Shown here in pieces: positions 11,505 through 20,090 of a DNA stretch of 64,000 nt. Each line of letters starts with the position of its first letter. The first letter of the stretch is position 1. A program made the translations under genes and the position numbers. The DNA comes from Longimicrobiales bacterium (GTDB lineage Bacteria; Gemmatimonadota; Gemmatimonadetes; Longimicrobiales; Gaopeijiaceae), in NCBI GenBank assembly GCA_965198065.1, contig CBDAON010000004.1:2208001-2272000 (forward strand). The letters are read 5' to 3'. Under the pieces are notes generated by a model that searched no databases, was not told the DNA's origin, and saw only the letters and a list, made by a program, of their open reading frames with translations.

Positions 11505-12274
11505 TCGAGCTCAAGACCGCAAGCGAGATCCAGGAGATCGCACGGGGCGGCTCGATCATCGCGGCGCTGTTTCGCGAGTTGGAAGGATCGGTCGTCCCCG
11601 GGGCGTCCACGCTCCAGCTGGACCGCATGGCGGAGGGTTTCATCCGATCTCACCGGGGAGCCGTCCCGGTCTTCAAGGGATTGTACGGATTCCCCGGCTC
11701 GCTCTGCACGTCGATCAATGAGGAAGTCGTCCACGGCATCCCTTCCAACGAGCGGATCCTGAAGGAGGGAGACCTCCTCTCGATCGACGTGGGCGTGAAG
11801 CTTGGCGGGTGGTGTTCGGACTCCGCGCGGACGTTTGCCGTGGGAGAGATATCGCCCGAGCGGGAGCGCCTTCTCGAGGTGACTCGGGAAGCCCTCGATC
11901 GCGCCGTCGAGGCGGCGGGCCCGGGCGCCCGCATAGGGGACATCGGCCATGCCGTCCAGTCCGTGGTCGAAGGGACCGGCTTCAGCATCATCCGGGACCT
12001 GGTGGGGCATGGGATCGGCCGGAAGGTGCACGAGGAGCCGCAGGTCCCGAACCGGGGCCAGCCGGGGACGGGCCCCGAGCTGAAGGGGGGCATGGTCCTC
12101 GCGATTGAGCCCATGATTGCGGCGGGGGGCTACCGGATCCGGACGCTCTCCGACGACTGGACGATGGTGACCGCGGACGGTTCGGCGACGGCCCACTTCG
12201 AACACACGGTAGCGCTTACCACGGAAGGTCCTCGGGTCCTCACGGCCGAAGAGTCCCCGGTTGGGACGGGGTGA
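11501..12274 (+). CDS. map: Methionine aminopeptidase type I
   Basis: CTSINEEVVHGIP, GHGIG...HEEP, AIEPM, AHFEHT. Confidence 0.97.
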   Translation: MIELKTASEIQEIARGGSIIAALFRELEGSVVPGASTLQLDRMAEGFIRSHRGAVPVFKGLYGFPGSLCTSINEEVVHGIPSNERILKEGDLLSIDVGVKLGGWCSDSARTFAVGEISPERERLLEVTREALDRAVEAAGPGARIGDIGHAVQSVVEGTGFSIIRDLVGHGIGRKVHEEPQVPNRGQPGTGPELKGGMVLAIEPMIAAGGYRIRTLSDDWTMVTADGSATAHFEHTVALTTEGPRVLTAEESPVGTG

Positions 12275-12317
12275 AGTTGGTGGAGGACGATGGGATGGGC
12301 ATCCCACCGGGCTCATC

Positions 12318-12346
12318 TTGAAGACGTGGTGCCTCGAAGCTATACT
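12318..12346 (+). promoter_or_regulatory. Sigma70-type promoter for rpmJ-rpsM-rpsK-rpsD-rpoA-rplQ
   Basis: TTGAAG (12318-23), 17-bp spacer, TATACT (12341-46), in an AT-rich patch. Confidence 0.65.
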
Positions 12347-12415
12347 AAATAGCTCTACAACAAACGGCTGTGTGGGGCCGTGCGGACGGCTGCAAGCGGG
12401 GGCCCGGAGGAAGCG

Positions 12416-12532
12416 ATGAAGGTACGCTCGAGCGTCAGGCCGATCTGCGAGCACTGCAAGGTGATCCGGCGCCGCGGCGTGATCAGGATCATCTGCAAGC
12501 GCAATCCGCGTCATAAGCAGCGGCAGGGCTGA
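12416..12532 (+). CDS. rpmJ: 50S ribosomal protein L36 (below the ORF-track length cutoff)
   Basis: Hand translation [45 protein letters not shown]. Confidence 0.97.
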   Translation: MKVRSSVRPICEHCKVIRRRGVIRIICKRNPRHKQRQG

Positions 12533-12535
12533 CCT

Positions 12536-12644
12536 ATGCGTCAACTCGATACGGTGGTGCGTCAGGCTTCGGACTCGGCCTGCGGCGTGCTGGAGTGCGC
12601 TGCGGTCGCCTCACCTTCCTTGCCCCACCACCGATTTGACGCAT
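12536..12644 (+). promoter_or_regulatory. Candidate structured RNA leader upstream of rpsM
   Basis: Nested inverted repeats ATGCGTCAA/TTGACGCAT and CGGTGGTG/CACCACCG enclosing a CAGGC/GCCTG hairpin. Confidence 0.45.
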
Positions 12645-12683
12645 CGGCGCGGCGTGGAGTGACGACGGGAACGGGAAGCTAGG

Positions 12684-13064
12684 ATGGCGCGCATCGCGGG
12701 AGTGGACCTTCCCAGGAACAAGCGGATCGAGATCGCGCTCACGTACATCTACGGGATCGGACGCCCCAGGGCGCAGGAGCTTCTGGAGAACGCGGGGGTC
12801 AGAGTCGACACGAGGACCCAGGATCTCACGGACGAGGACGTGAACCGGCTCCGGCGGGAGATCGAGACCAAGTACAAGGTCGAGGGGGCCCTCAGGACGG
12901 AGGTGTCCATGAACGTCAAACGGCTCATGGACATCGGGTCCTACCGCGGGATGCGCCATCGCCGGGGGCTCCCGGTTCGGGGGCAGCGTACGAGCACGAA
13001 CGCGCGCACGCACAAGGGGAAGCGGCGCGCCATTGCTGGGAAGAAGAGGGCGCCGAAGAAGTAG
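12684..13064 (+). CDS. rpsM: 30S ribosomal protein S13
   Basis: [10 protein letters not shown]...IYGIG...[15 protein letters not shown]. Confidence 0.98.
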   Translation: MARIAGVDLPRNKRIEIALTYIYGIGRPRAQELLENAGVRVDTRTQDLTDEDVNRLRREIETKYKVEGALRTEVSMNVKRLMDIGSYRGMRHRRGLPVRGQRTSTNARTHKGKRRAIAGKKRAPKK

Positions 13065-13098
13065 GACGCCGAGGGGCTAGATCCGGAGGAGGGGACGC

Positions 13099-13503
13099 TT
13101 GGTGACCCAGGGACCGAAGAAACCCGGCGGGCGGGCGAAGCGCGGAAAGCGCGTGGCCGAGGCCGAGGGCGTCGCCCACATCAAGGCGACGTTCAACAAC
13201 ACCATCGTGACGATCTCCGACTCCAAGGGCGAGGTCGTCACCTGGTCGAGCGCGGGGAAGGCGGGGTTCAAGGGCTCGAAGAAATCCACTCCCTTCGCTG
13301 CGACCATGGCAGCGGAACAGGCGGGGCGGGAGGCCTATGCGCTGGGGGTCCGCCGAGTCCACGTGAGGGTGCAGGGACCCGGCTCGGGACGCGAATCGGC
13401 CATCTCGGCGCTGGCGACCGCCGGCCTCCACGTGACGTCGATCGAGGACGTGACGCCACTCCCCCACAACGGTTGCCGGCCTCCCAAGAAGAGGCGGGTC
13501 TAG
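13099..13503 (+). CDS. rpsK: 30S ribosomal protein S11
   Basis: [36 protein letters not shown]; start TTG 13099 or GTG 13102. Confidence 0.97.
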   Translation: MVTQGPKKPGGRAKRGKRVAEAEGVAHIKATFNNTIVTISDSKGEVVTWSSAGKAGFKGSKKSTPFAATMAAEQAGREAYALGVRRVHVRVQGPGSGRESAISALATAGLHVTSIEDVTPLPHNGCRPPKKRRV

Positions 13504-13522
13504 GACGGGTTCGGGGGGGTCG

Positions 13523-14158
13523 ATGGCTCGTTACACAGGAGCGGTCTGCAAGCTCTGCCGCCGGGAGGGGCAGAAGCTCTTCCTGAAGGGGCAGAAGTGC
13601 TACACGGAAAAGTGCCCGGTCGAGCGCCGCGCTTATCCGCCGGGGCAGCACGGCCCGGCGCACACCCGCCGCCGCAAGCAATCGGACTACGCGATCCAGC
13701 TGCGCGAGAAGCAGAAGGTGAAGCGCATGTATGGGCTCCAGGAGCGCCAGTTCCGGAACCTGTTCCGCAAGGCCGTGCAGTCCGGTGGGGTGACCGGCGA
13801 GACCCTGCTCGTCAGCCTGGAGACGCGGCTCGACAACGTCCTTTTCCGGCTCGGTTTCGCGTCCAGTCGGAGCCAGGCCCGGCAGCTGGCCCGGCATCGG
13901 CACGTGGAGGTGAACGGACACGTGGTGGACATCCCGAGCTATCAGGTACAAGCGGGCGACGACATCGCGGTCCGTCTCCCGTCCAGAAACCTGGACCTGG
14001 TCGAGGCCAGCCTCGGGGCCCGCAGTCGCCCGAAGCTGGCGGAGTGGCTCTCCCTGGACGAAAAGAACCGGGTAGCCCGCGTGGTGAGGGCTCCCACCCG
14101 GAAGGACCTCCCGGCCGAGATCCAGGAGCAGCTCATCGTGGAGCTTTACTCCAAGTAA
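13523..14158 (+). CDS. rpsD: 30S ribosomal protein S4
   Basis: MARYTG..CKLCRREG...PPGQHG...LETRLDNV...LIVELYSK. Confidence 0.98.
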   Translation: MARYTGAVCKLCRREGQKLFLKGQKCYTEKCPVERRAYPPGQHGPAHTRRRKQSDYAIQLREKQKVKRMYGLQERQFRNLFRKAVQSGGVTGETLLVSLETRLDNVLFRLGFASSRSQARQLARHRHVEVNGHVVDIPSYQVQAGDDIAVRLPSRNLDLVEASLGARSRPKLAEWLSLDEKNRVARVVRAPTRKDLPAEIQEQLIVELYSK

Positions 14159-14196
14159 GCCCAACGCCGTACCATGTAAGCCCAACGCCGTACCAT
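14155..14196 (+). repeat. Perfect 21-bp tandem duplication GTAAGCCCAACGCCGTACCAT x2
   Basis: Copies at 14155-14175 and 14176-14196; the unit includes the rpsD stop codon. Confidence 0.92.
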
Positions 14197-14216
14197 CATG
14201 CGGCACGGAGGATAGG

Positions 14217-15266
14217 GTGGAGATCGATCTGACCGGACTGGTTCTTCCCCAGAAGGTCGAGGCGGTACGAACGTCCGAGGACGGCCGCGTGGGTGAGTTC
14301 GTGATCGAGCCCCTCGAGCGGGGCTACGGGCACACGCTCGGAAACGCGGTGCGTCGGGTGCTCCTCTCCTCCCTGCGAGGCGCGGCGGTGTGGGCGTTTC
14401 GGGTCGAGGGGGTCGTGCACGAGCACCAGACGATTCCGGGGGTGGTGGAGGATGTCCACCAGATCATTCAGAACCTGAAGTCGCTGATTCTCGTGCTGGA
14501 CGACGACGTGGAAGACGCGACCCTCGAGCTCAAGGCGTCGAAAGTGGGCCCGCTGACGGCGGCGAGCATCAAGGAGAAGGGGGGCGTTCAAGTCCTCGAT
14601 CCCGATCACCACATCCTCACGCTTCAGGAGAGGCGGGCCTTCCGCATGGAGCTCCGAGTGAACAAGGGACGCGGATTCGTGCCCGCGGACCAGCATCCGC
14701 TGGAGAAGGGCACCCCCGTGGACCTCGTTCGCGTGGATGCGATCTACAATCCGGTCCGCCGCGCGAACTTCCAGGTTCTGGAGACCCGCGTCGGGCAGCG
14801 AACGGACTTCGACCAGCTCACGCTCTTCGTGGAGACCGACGGCACCGTATCGCCCGAGAGGGCCGTGGGCTTAGCGGGCGCCCTAGTCGGGAAGCATCTC
14901 GAGTATTTGTCGTTCCTGAAGGCAGGCGGTGTGCCGACCGTCCCCGCGGAGGGTCGGAGTCCCGTGCCGACAGGGTTGCAGGACCTTTTCGACCGGCCCA
15001 TCGAGGACCTGGCAGAGCTCTCGGTCCGCTCGCGCAACTCGCTCCAGAAGGAGAACATCCGCACGCTGGGTGAGCTGGTTCAGCGCTCCGAGGAGGAGAT
15101 GCTGGAGATCGAGAACTTCGGCAAGAAGTCCCTACAGGAGATCCAGGACTTTCTCGCGCAGCACAACCTCCGCTTCGGGATGCGAGTGGCCCAGCAGGGA
15201 GACGGGCAGCTGTACTTCCTCGAGGAAGAGGGCGCGGTTGAGCCCGCCGAGACCGGGGACGAGTAG
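14217..15266 (+). CDS. rpoA: RNA polymerase alpha subunit
   Basis: EPLERGYGHTLGNAVRRVLLSS, TRVGQRTDFD, alpha-CTD LSVRSRN...NFGKKSL. Confidence 0.98.
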   Translation: MEIDLTGLVLPQKVEAVRTSEDGRVGEFVIEPLERGYGHTLGNAVRRVLLSSLRGAAVWAFRVEGVVHEHQTIPGVVEDVHQIIQNLKSLILVLDDDVEDATLELKASKVGPLTAASIKEKGGVQVLDPDHHILTLQERRAFRMELRVNKGRGFVPADQHPLEKGTPVDLVRVDAIYNPVRRANFQVLETRVGQRTDFDQLTLFVETDGTVSPERAVGLAGALVGKHLEYLSFLKAGGVPTVPAEGRSPVPTGLQDLFDRPIEDLAELSVRSRNSLQKENIRTLGELVQRSEEEMLEIENFGKKSLQEIQDFLAQHNLRFGMRVAQQGDGQLYFLEEEGAVEPAETGDE

Positions 15267-15296
15267 ATCGGGATCGGGCGGGCGAAGGAAACGCTC

Positions 15297-15659
15297 ATAC
15301 GGCATCGAACGAAGGGTCGAAAGCTCACGAGGACGTCCTCCCACCGGCGGGCGACCTTGAGGAACCTGGCGACGAGCCTCTTTCGCCACGGCCGCGTCAA
15401 GACGACGACGGCCAAGGCCAAGGAGCTGCGCCCGTTCGCGGAGAGGCTCATCACGCTCGCTCGGCGCGGGGACCTGCACGCACGGCGTCTCGCCGCGCGC
15501 CGCATCCAGGACAGCGCGGTGCTCGGGAAGCTCTTCGACGACATCGGTCCCCGCTTTCGGGAGAGGCCCGGCGGGTATACGCGAATCCTGAAGCTGGGAC
15601 ACCGGAAGGGAGACGCTGCGGAGATGGCGCTGATCGAGCTCGTGGACCGTACCGGGTGA
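15297..15659 (+). CDS. rplQ: 50S ribosomal protein L17 with apparent ATA start codon
   Basis: ATA-CGG-CAT-CGA gives (M)[18 protein letters not shown]...; [28 protein letters not shown] upstream. Confidence 0.95.
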   Translation: MRHRTKGRKLTRTSSHRRATLRNLATSLFRHGRVKTTTAKAKELRPFAERLITLARRGDLHARRLAARRIQDSAVLGKLFDDIGPRFRERPGGYTRILKLGHRKGDAAEMALIELVDRTG

Positions 15660-15688
15660 GCCCACACGGAAGCTGAGGGTCGATCGAG

Positions 15689-15904
15689 ATGGCACGACGC
15701 TGTGAGGTTTGCGGAAAGGGACCCGGAAGCGGGAACCGGGTGAGCCACGCGAACAACAAGACGCGGCGACGCTGGCTGCCGAACCTCCAGACCGTGAAGG
15801 TGCTGGACGATCGGGGCGAGCGCCGGAGGATCCGCGTCTGCACCTCGTGCATCACGGGCGGAAGGATCCGAAAGGCGCCCGCGCTCAGTGGTGACTCGAC
15901 GTAG
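15689..15904 (+). CDS. rpmB: 50S ribosomal protein L28
   Basis: [10 protein letters not shown]...[20 protein letters not shown]...VCTSC. Confidence 0.96.
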   Translation: MARRCEVCGKGPGSGNRVSHANNKTRRRWLPNLQTVKVLDDRGERRRIRVCTSCITGGRIRKAPALSGDST

Positions 15905-15923
15905 CGCTCGAATCCTATCGTTG

Positions 15924-15970
15924 AAAAAGGAGCGCCCCTCGGCACATGTTCCGAGGGGCGTTCTCACTTC
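15924..15970. terminator. Intrinsic terminator-like hairpin after rpmB, possibly bidirectional
   Basis: Stem GAGCGCCCCTCGG / CCGAGGGGCGTTC (15930-42 / 15951-63), A-run on the left, pyrimidine tail on the right. Confidence 0.6.
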
Positions 15971-15989
15971 CCGAACCAGCGGATACGGC

Positions 15990-16799
15990 ATCGCCACCTC
16001 GCAACTCCTCAGCGGCCTCAGGATCGCCGTGACCCGGCCACGTAGCGGGCCGGGCGAGGATCGCCTCGCGGCTCTCCTGAGCGAACGCGGCGCGACCGCG
16101 ATCCACCTCGCCACCACGCGCGCGGCTCCCGCCTCCGACCCGGACCCCCTCGCGGAGGCGGCCCGGCGAATCGGGGACTACGACTGGCTGATCGTCACGT
16201 CGGCCCGCGCCGTGCCTCCCCTGATGGAAGCCCTCTCCCGGGCCGGTGTGCCCCCCGAGGACGTGCGGTCCGGCGGGGTTTGCCTTTGCGCCGTCGGGAC
16301 GAGGACGGGAGAGGCTCTGTCGGTTGCGGGGCTGTCGCCCGATATCGTCCCCGACCGTTTCGACTCCAGGGGCGTTGTTCGTGCTCTGCTCGAGGGGGCA
16401 GGCGTCGAGGGTAGGCGGGTCCTCTTCCCCCGCGCCGAGGAAGGGAGGGACGTGATCCCGGCGGAGCTGGCGGCGGCTGGAGCGACGGTGGACGTGGTCC
16501 CCGCCTATCGTATGGTGGGCGACCCGGAGGAGAGCGCTCGCCTCGCCGAGCTGGTTGGCGCGGGCGGAGTGGACGCGCTCACATTCACCGCGGGGTCCGC
16601 GGCCCGGAGCTTCGCGGAAGCCTGGGGGGGACGGGGCCCCCTTCCCGAGGGGCTCGGAGTCATGGCCCTTGGTCCGGCGACCGCGGAGGCCCTGCGGGAG
16701 GCCGGGCTCCCGGCGCATCGAATCGCGGAGCCGCATACCCTGGCCGGGCTGGTCGAGGCGCTCGAGCAGTGGGCCAGGGGCGGTGGTGAGGCTAGATGA
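15990..16799 (+). CDS. hemD: Uroporphyrinogen-III synthase (start uncertain)
   Basis: LSGLRIAVTRP, YDWLIVTSARAV, AVGTRTGEAL, VLFPRAEEGRDVI, DALTFTAGSA, LGPATAEAL. Confidence 0.85.
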   Translation: MATSQLLSGLRIAVTRPRSGPGEDRLAALLSERGATAIHLATTRAAPASDPDPLAEAARRIGDYDWLIVTSARAVPPLMEALSRAGVPPEDVRSGGVCLCAVGTRTGEALSVAGLSPDIVPDRFDSRGVVRALLEGAGVEGRRVLFPRAEEGRDVIPAELAAAGATVDVVPAYRMVGDPEESARLAELVGAGGVDALTFTAGSAARSFAEAWGGRGPLPEGLGVMALGPATAEALREAGLPAHRIAEPHTLAGLVEALEQWARGGGEAR

Positions 16800-16891
16800 A
16801 CGAGCACGAGGACCACGGGTAGCGGAGACTCCCAGCCCGGGTGGCCGCTCGAGGCCCGGGTCGCCCGAAACCGGAGGGAGGAAGCGAACAA

Positions 16892-17470
16892 ATGAAGCAG
16901 CGGATCGGCATTCCCGATATCGGTCCGATGATCGGAATCCTTCTGGTCGCGGTGGCCGCCGGCGTGGGGTCCGGGCTGGTCTTCGCGCCGGAGATCGTGG
17001 TGCCGAGTACGGTCGAGGTGGCCACGCTCCTTCTGGTCACGGCGGTGGCGCTTCGGCTCGAGCGCGATCCGATCGTTCGCTCCTGGGTCTGGAAGCTCGC
17101 AGCCGGCGCGCTCCTTCTCAGGGGGCTCGCGCTGGTATTCGTGCACGGACCGCTGGACCCGTACTTCTTCGCGCCCGACGCCCTGTCGTATGAGATGATG
17201 GGGCAGGAGCTCAGAGATTTCTGGATGCGGGGGGCGCCCTACCCGTCCTCGCTCGAAGGGGAATGGCAGGTCGCTTACCCGTACCTGAACGGGTTCTTCT
17301 ACCTATTCCTGGACGATGTCGCCGTCGCGGGAGCCGTGCTCAACACCTTCTTCGGGGTGTGGACCGTGATCCTGACGTTCTATCTGGGCCGAGAGCTACT
17401 CGGGGAGCAGGCCGGCAAGCTCGCCAGCGGGATGGTAGCGATCTTTCCCTCCATGGGCGCCCTCCTCGTG
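16892..17470 (+). pseudogene. Truncated multi-pass membrane protein (ArnT/PMT-like glycosyltransferase or polymerase)
   Basis: TM helices with PDALSY...AYPYLNG...LNTFFGVWTVILTFYLG...AIFPS; the frame then runs into antisense of the next gene. A coupled ATG at 16796 is cut off by an in-frame TAG at 16820. Confidence 0.55.
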
Positions 17471-17499
17471 AGGAAGGCGTCCGCCTCGGCCTCGGGGAG

Positions 17500-18244
17500 G
17501 GTTCCCCGGGCGGCTTCCCCGGCTCACGCTCATCCCGATGGCGGCCCCGGCGACGATCTGGAGGACCGCGCCCCGGAGACCGAGCCCCGCAATGAGCGCC
17601 ACCGAGACCACGAGCGACATGACGAGGGTCAGCACCTTTCCCAGGACCAGCCGCCGGAGGTCGTTCAACGCGTTGATCGCGGCGTCGGCCAGCTGCGCGA
17701 AGATCGAGAGCGGCACGGCCACCAACACGGCGAAGACCGCCCATCGGGGGAGCGTGGCCGGAAGAACCCCGTCCGCGACCACGCTCACGAAGGCGGTGGC
17801 GATCGCAAGGGCGAGTGAGACGCCGATCGCGAGCCTTGAGGCGACCCGAAGGGTGATCGCGGCCCGGCCGGGGTTTCCGGCGGCAAACGAGCGGCTCATC
17901 TCTCTCAGGACGCCCGTAGGGATGCCCAGCCGGGCAACGGACGAGAGGAGCTCGAAGAGAGCCCACACGAGCGCGTACGCGCCGTACCCGCCGACGCCGA
18001 GGAAGACCGCAAACGCCTTCTGACGGATGATTCCCGCCCCGAAAGCCAGGACGTTCACGCCCCCGAGGCTCGCGACGGCGCGGGCCAGCGAGCCTCCTGT
18101 CGGCCCGACGGCTGCGGTCGGATCGACAGCCCCTCCCGGATCGGCAGGTGTGCTCGGTTCGAGGGTTCCGTCGGCCTCGCCGGGAACGGCTCTCCGCTCG
18201 AGCGGGTCCCCTTCGACGCCGGCGTTCGACGGTCGTTCAGCCAC
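17500..18244 (-). pseudogene. Truncated Wzx-type oligosaccharide flippase (N-terminal half)
   Basis: SLGGVNVLAFGAGIIRQKAFAVFLGVGGYGAY...LGIPTG; only about 6 TMs, sequence degenerates near 17520. Confidence 0.65.
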
Positions 18245-18936
18245 GGAGCTCGAGGTAGATCCGTTCCATTCGCTCCGCGGCGCGGTCCCAGGTGAACTCG
18301 GCCGCGCGCTCGCCTGCCGCGGCGGCGAGCTTTCGCCGGAGCCCGTCGTCCAGGATTATCCGCCGGAGCGCCCCCGCGAGCGCCTCGGCGTCCTCGGGCG
18401 GAACGAGAAGCGCCTCCTTCCCGTCCCGCACTGCCTCGGGGATTCTCCCCACCGTCGTGGCCACGATCGCGAGGCCGGCGTGAAGGGCCTCAAGGATGAC
18501 GAGGGGAAAGTTCTCGGAGCGGGACGGAAGGACGAGCAGCTCGGCCCGCCCCAGGAAGTCACGCACGCCGTCCCGGGTGGCGTACCCGTGCCAGTGGATC
18601 CGCGGAGCTAGGCCCAGCCGCTCGGCCTCGTCACGGAGTGCCCCCTCGGCCTTCCCGGCACCGACCAGGTCGAGACGGACCGGGAGGTCGCCGAGCCGCG
18701 CGAGCGCGCGAAAGAGCACGTCGATACCCTTGTGCTCGTCCAGCCGGGCAACGCAGAGGATGGAGCGGGCCTCGGGGGTTTCGCCGCCCGACCGGGCCGC
18801 CAAACCGCCGTCGGCACCCGTCGTCGCCGCCCCGTCGGCTCCATCCGCGACGCCAGCCGCCCGCTCCACGCGCTCGATGCCCTCCATCGGGCTCCCGTTG
18901 TGGACGACCCGCACGTTGGTGGTGGAGTTAAAGTAT
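18237..18936 (-). pseudogene. GT4 glycosyltransferase, C-terminal fragment (IS-disrupted)
   Basis: CVARLDEHKGIDVL, PSRSENFPLVILEAL; joins the N-terminal fragment in frame when the IS is removed. Confidence 0.88.
18929..18936 (+). repeat. 8-bp target-site duplication TAAAGTAT (left copy; right copy 21517-21524)
   Basis: Identical 8-mer directly flanks both TIRs. Confidence 0.95.
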
Positions 18937-18966
18937 GGGGATTACATCCAATCGTAACCAAATCGC

Positions 18967-18995
18967 TTGACTTCGGCCAGTCAGAATGTTACTAT
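18967..18995 (+). promoter_or_regulatory. Transposase promoter just inside the left TIR
   Basis: TTGACT, 17-bp spacer, TACTAT; followed by palindrome TAGTCTG-N5-CAGACTA and AGGAG SD. Confidence 0.6.
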
Positions 18996-19023
18996 TAGTC
19001 TGTAAATCAGACTAGGAGAAACG

Positions 19024-19965
19024 ATGGCTAAGTCAGGACCCGGCAAGAACTTTAGGAAGGGGCTTTCACTCATTCAGGTTATGCGAATGTTCCCAGACGA
19101 CGCGACGGCTGAGCGGTGGATCGCTCAGTGCCGGTGGGACGGCAAGCCCGCTTGCCCGCACTGTGGGGGCGAGAACGTACAGGTAGGCGCGAAGCATCCG
19201 AGCCAGCCTTACCGTTGCCGCGAGAAGGGTTGCCGGAAGTTCTTCAGCGTGAAGACGGGCACCGCAATGGCCGGAAGCAATCTCGGCTATCAGGTGTGGG
19301 CGATCGCTTCCTACCTGCTCGCGACTGGTCTGAAGGGTCAAGCCTCCATGAAGCTGCACCGGGATCTAGAGATCGGGCAGAAGGCCGCGTGGTTCCTAGC
19401 ACACCGGCTCCGGGAGACGTGGGAGACGCAGCAGGCTCCGTTCGAGGGTCCGGTGGAGATTGATGAGACCTACGTAGGTGGGCTGGAGAAGAACAAGCAC
19501 GCAGGCAAGAAGGCGAACCTGGGCCGGGGTCCGGTGGGCAAGGCAGCCGTCGTCGGTGCGAAGGACCGGGAGACGAATCGGGTGGCTGCTCGCGTGGTCG
19601 AAGCTACCGACAGGCCGACGCTCCAGGGTTTCGTGCGAGGCCAGGTCGCGGATGGGGCCAGGGTGTACACGGACGAAGCGAGGGCGTATGATGGCCTCGC
19701 CAATCGGGAGACCGTGAAACACTCGGTGTCAGAGTACGTGAACGGCCAGGCCCACACGAACGGCGTGGAGTCCTTCTGGTCGATGCTCAAGCGCGGCTAC
19801 CACGGCACCTACCACAAGATGTCCCCGAAGCACCTCCAGCGCTACGTCAACGAGTTCTCCGGCCGCCATAATATCCGACCGCTCGACACCATCCAGCAGA
19901 TGCGGGCTATCGTCCGGGGGCTGGAGGGCAAGCGGCTACGCTACCGGGACCTGGTGGCGAATTGA
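19024..19965 (+). CDS. IS1595-family DDE transposase
   Basis: Zn ribbon CPHC...CREKGC, HTH, VEIDETYVGG, YTDEARAY, HTNGVESFW, YHKMSPKHLQRYVNEF. Confidence 0.95.
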   Translation: MAKSGPGKNFRKGLSLIQVMRMFPDDATAERWIAQCRWDGKPACPHCGGENVQVGAKHPSQPYRCREKGCRKFFSVKTGTAMAGSNLGYQVWAIASYLLATGLKGQASMKLHRDLEIGQKAAWFLAHRLRETWETQQAPFEGPVEIDETYVGGLEKNKHAGKKANLGRGPVGKAAVVGAKDRETNRVAARVVEATDRPTLQGFVRGQVADGARVYTDEARAYDGLANRETVKHSVSEYVNGQAHTNGVESFWSMLKRGYHGTYHKMSPKHLQRYVNEFSGRHNIRPLDTIQQMRAIVRGLEGKRLRYRDLVAN

Positions 19966-20090
19966 GGATTTCGACCAGCCCCGTCCGAAACCCCAAATTT
20001 TAACAGTAAGCAAAGTATTAAAATAATGAGTTGATGATTATACTTTTTCGGCTTAAGAGTAAAGCCTTTCGTCGTAGGGGGTGGTAAGTA

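Noticed and set aside
14155..14196. CRISPR array
   Set aside because: Two adjacent copies with no spacer and no cas genes; I saw no repeat-spacer array anywhere in the window
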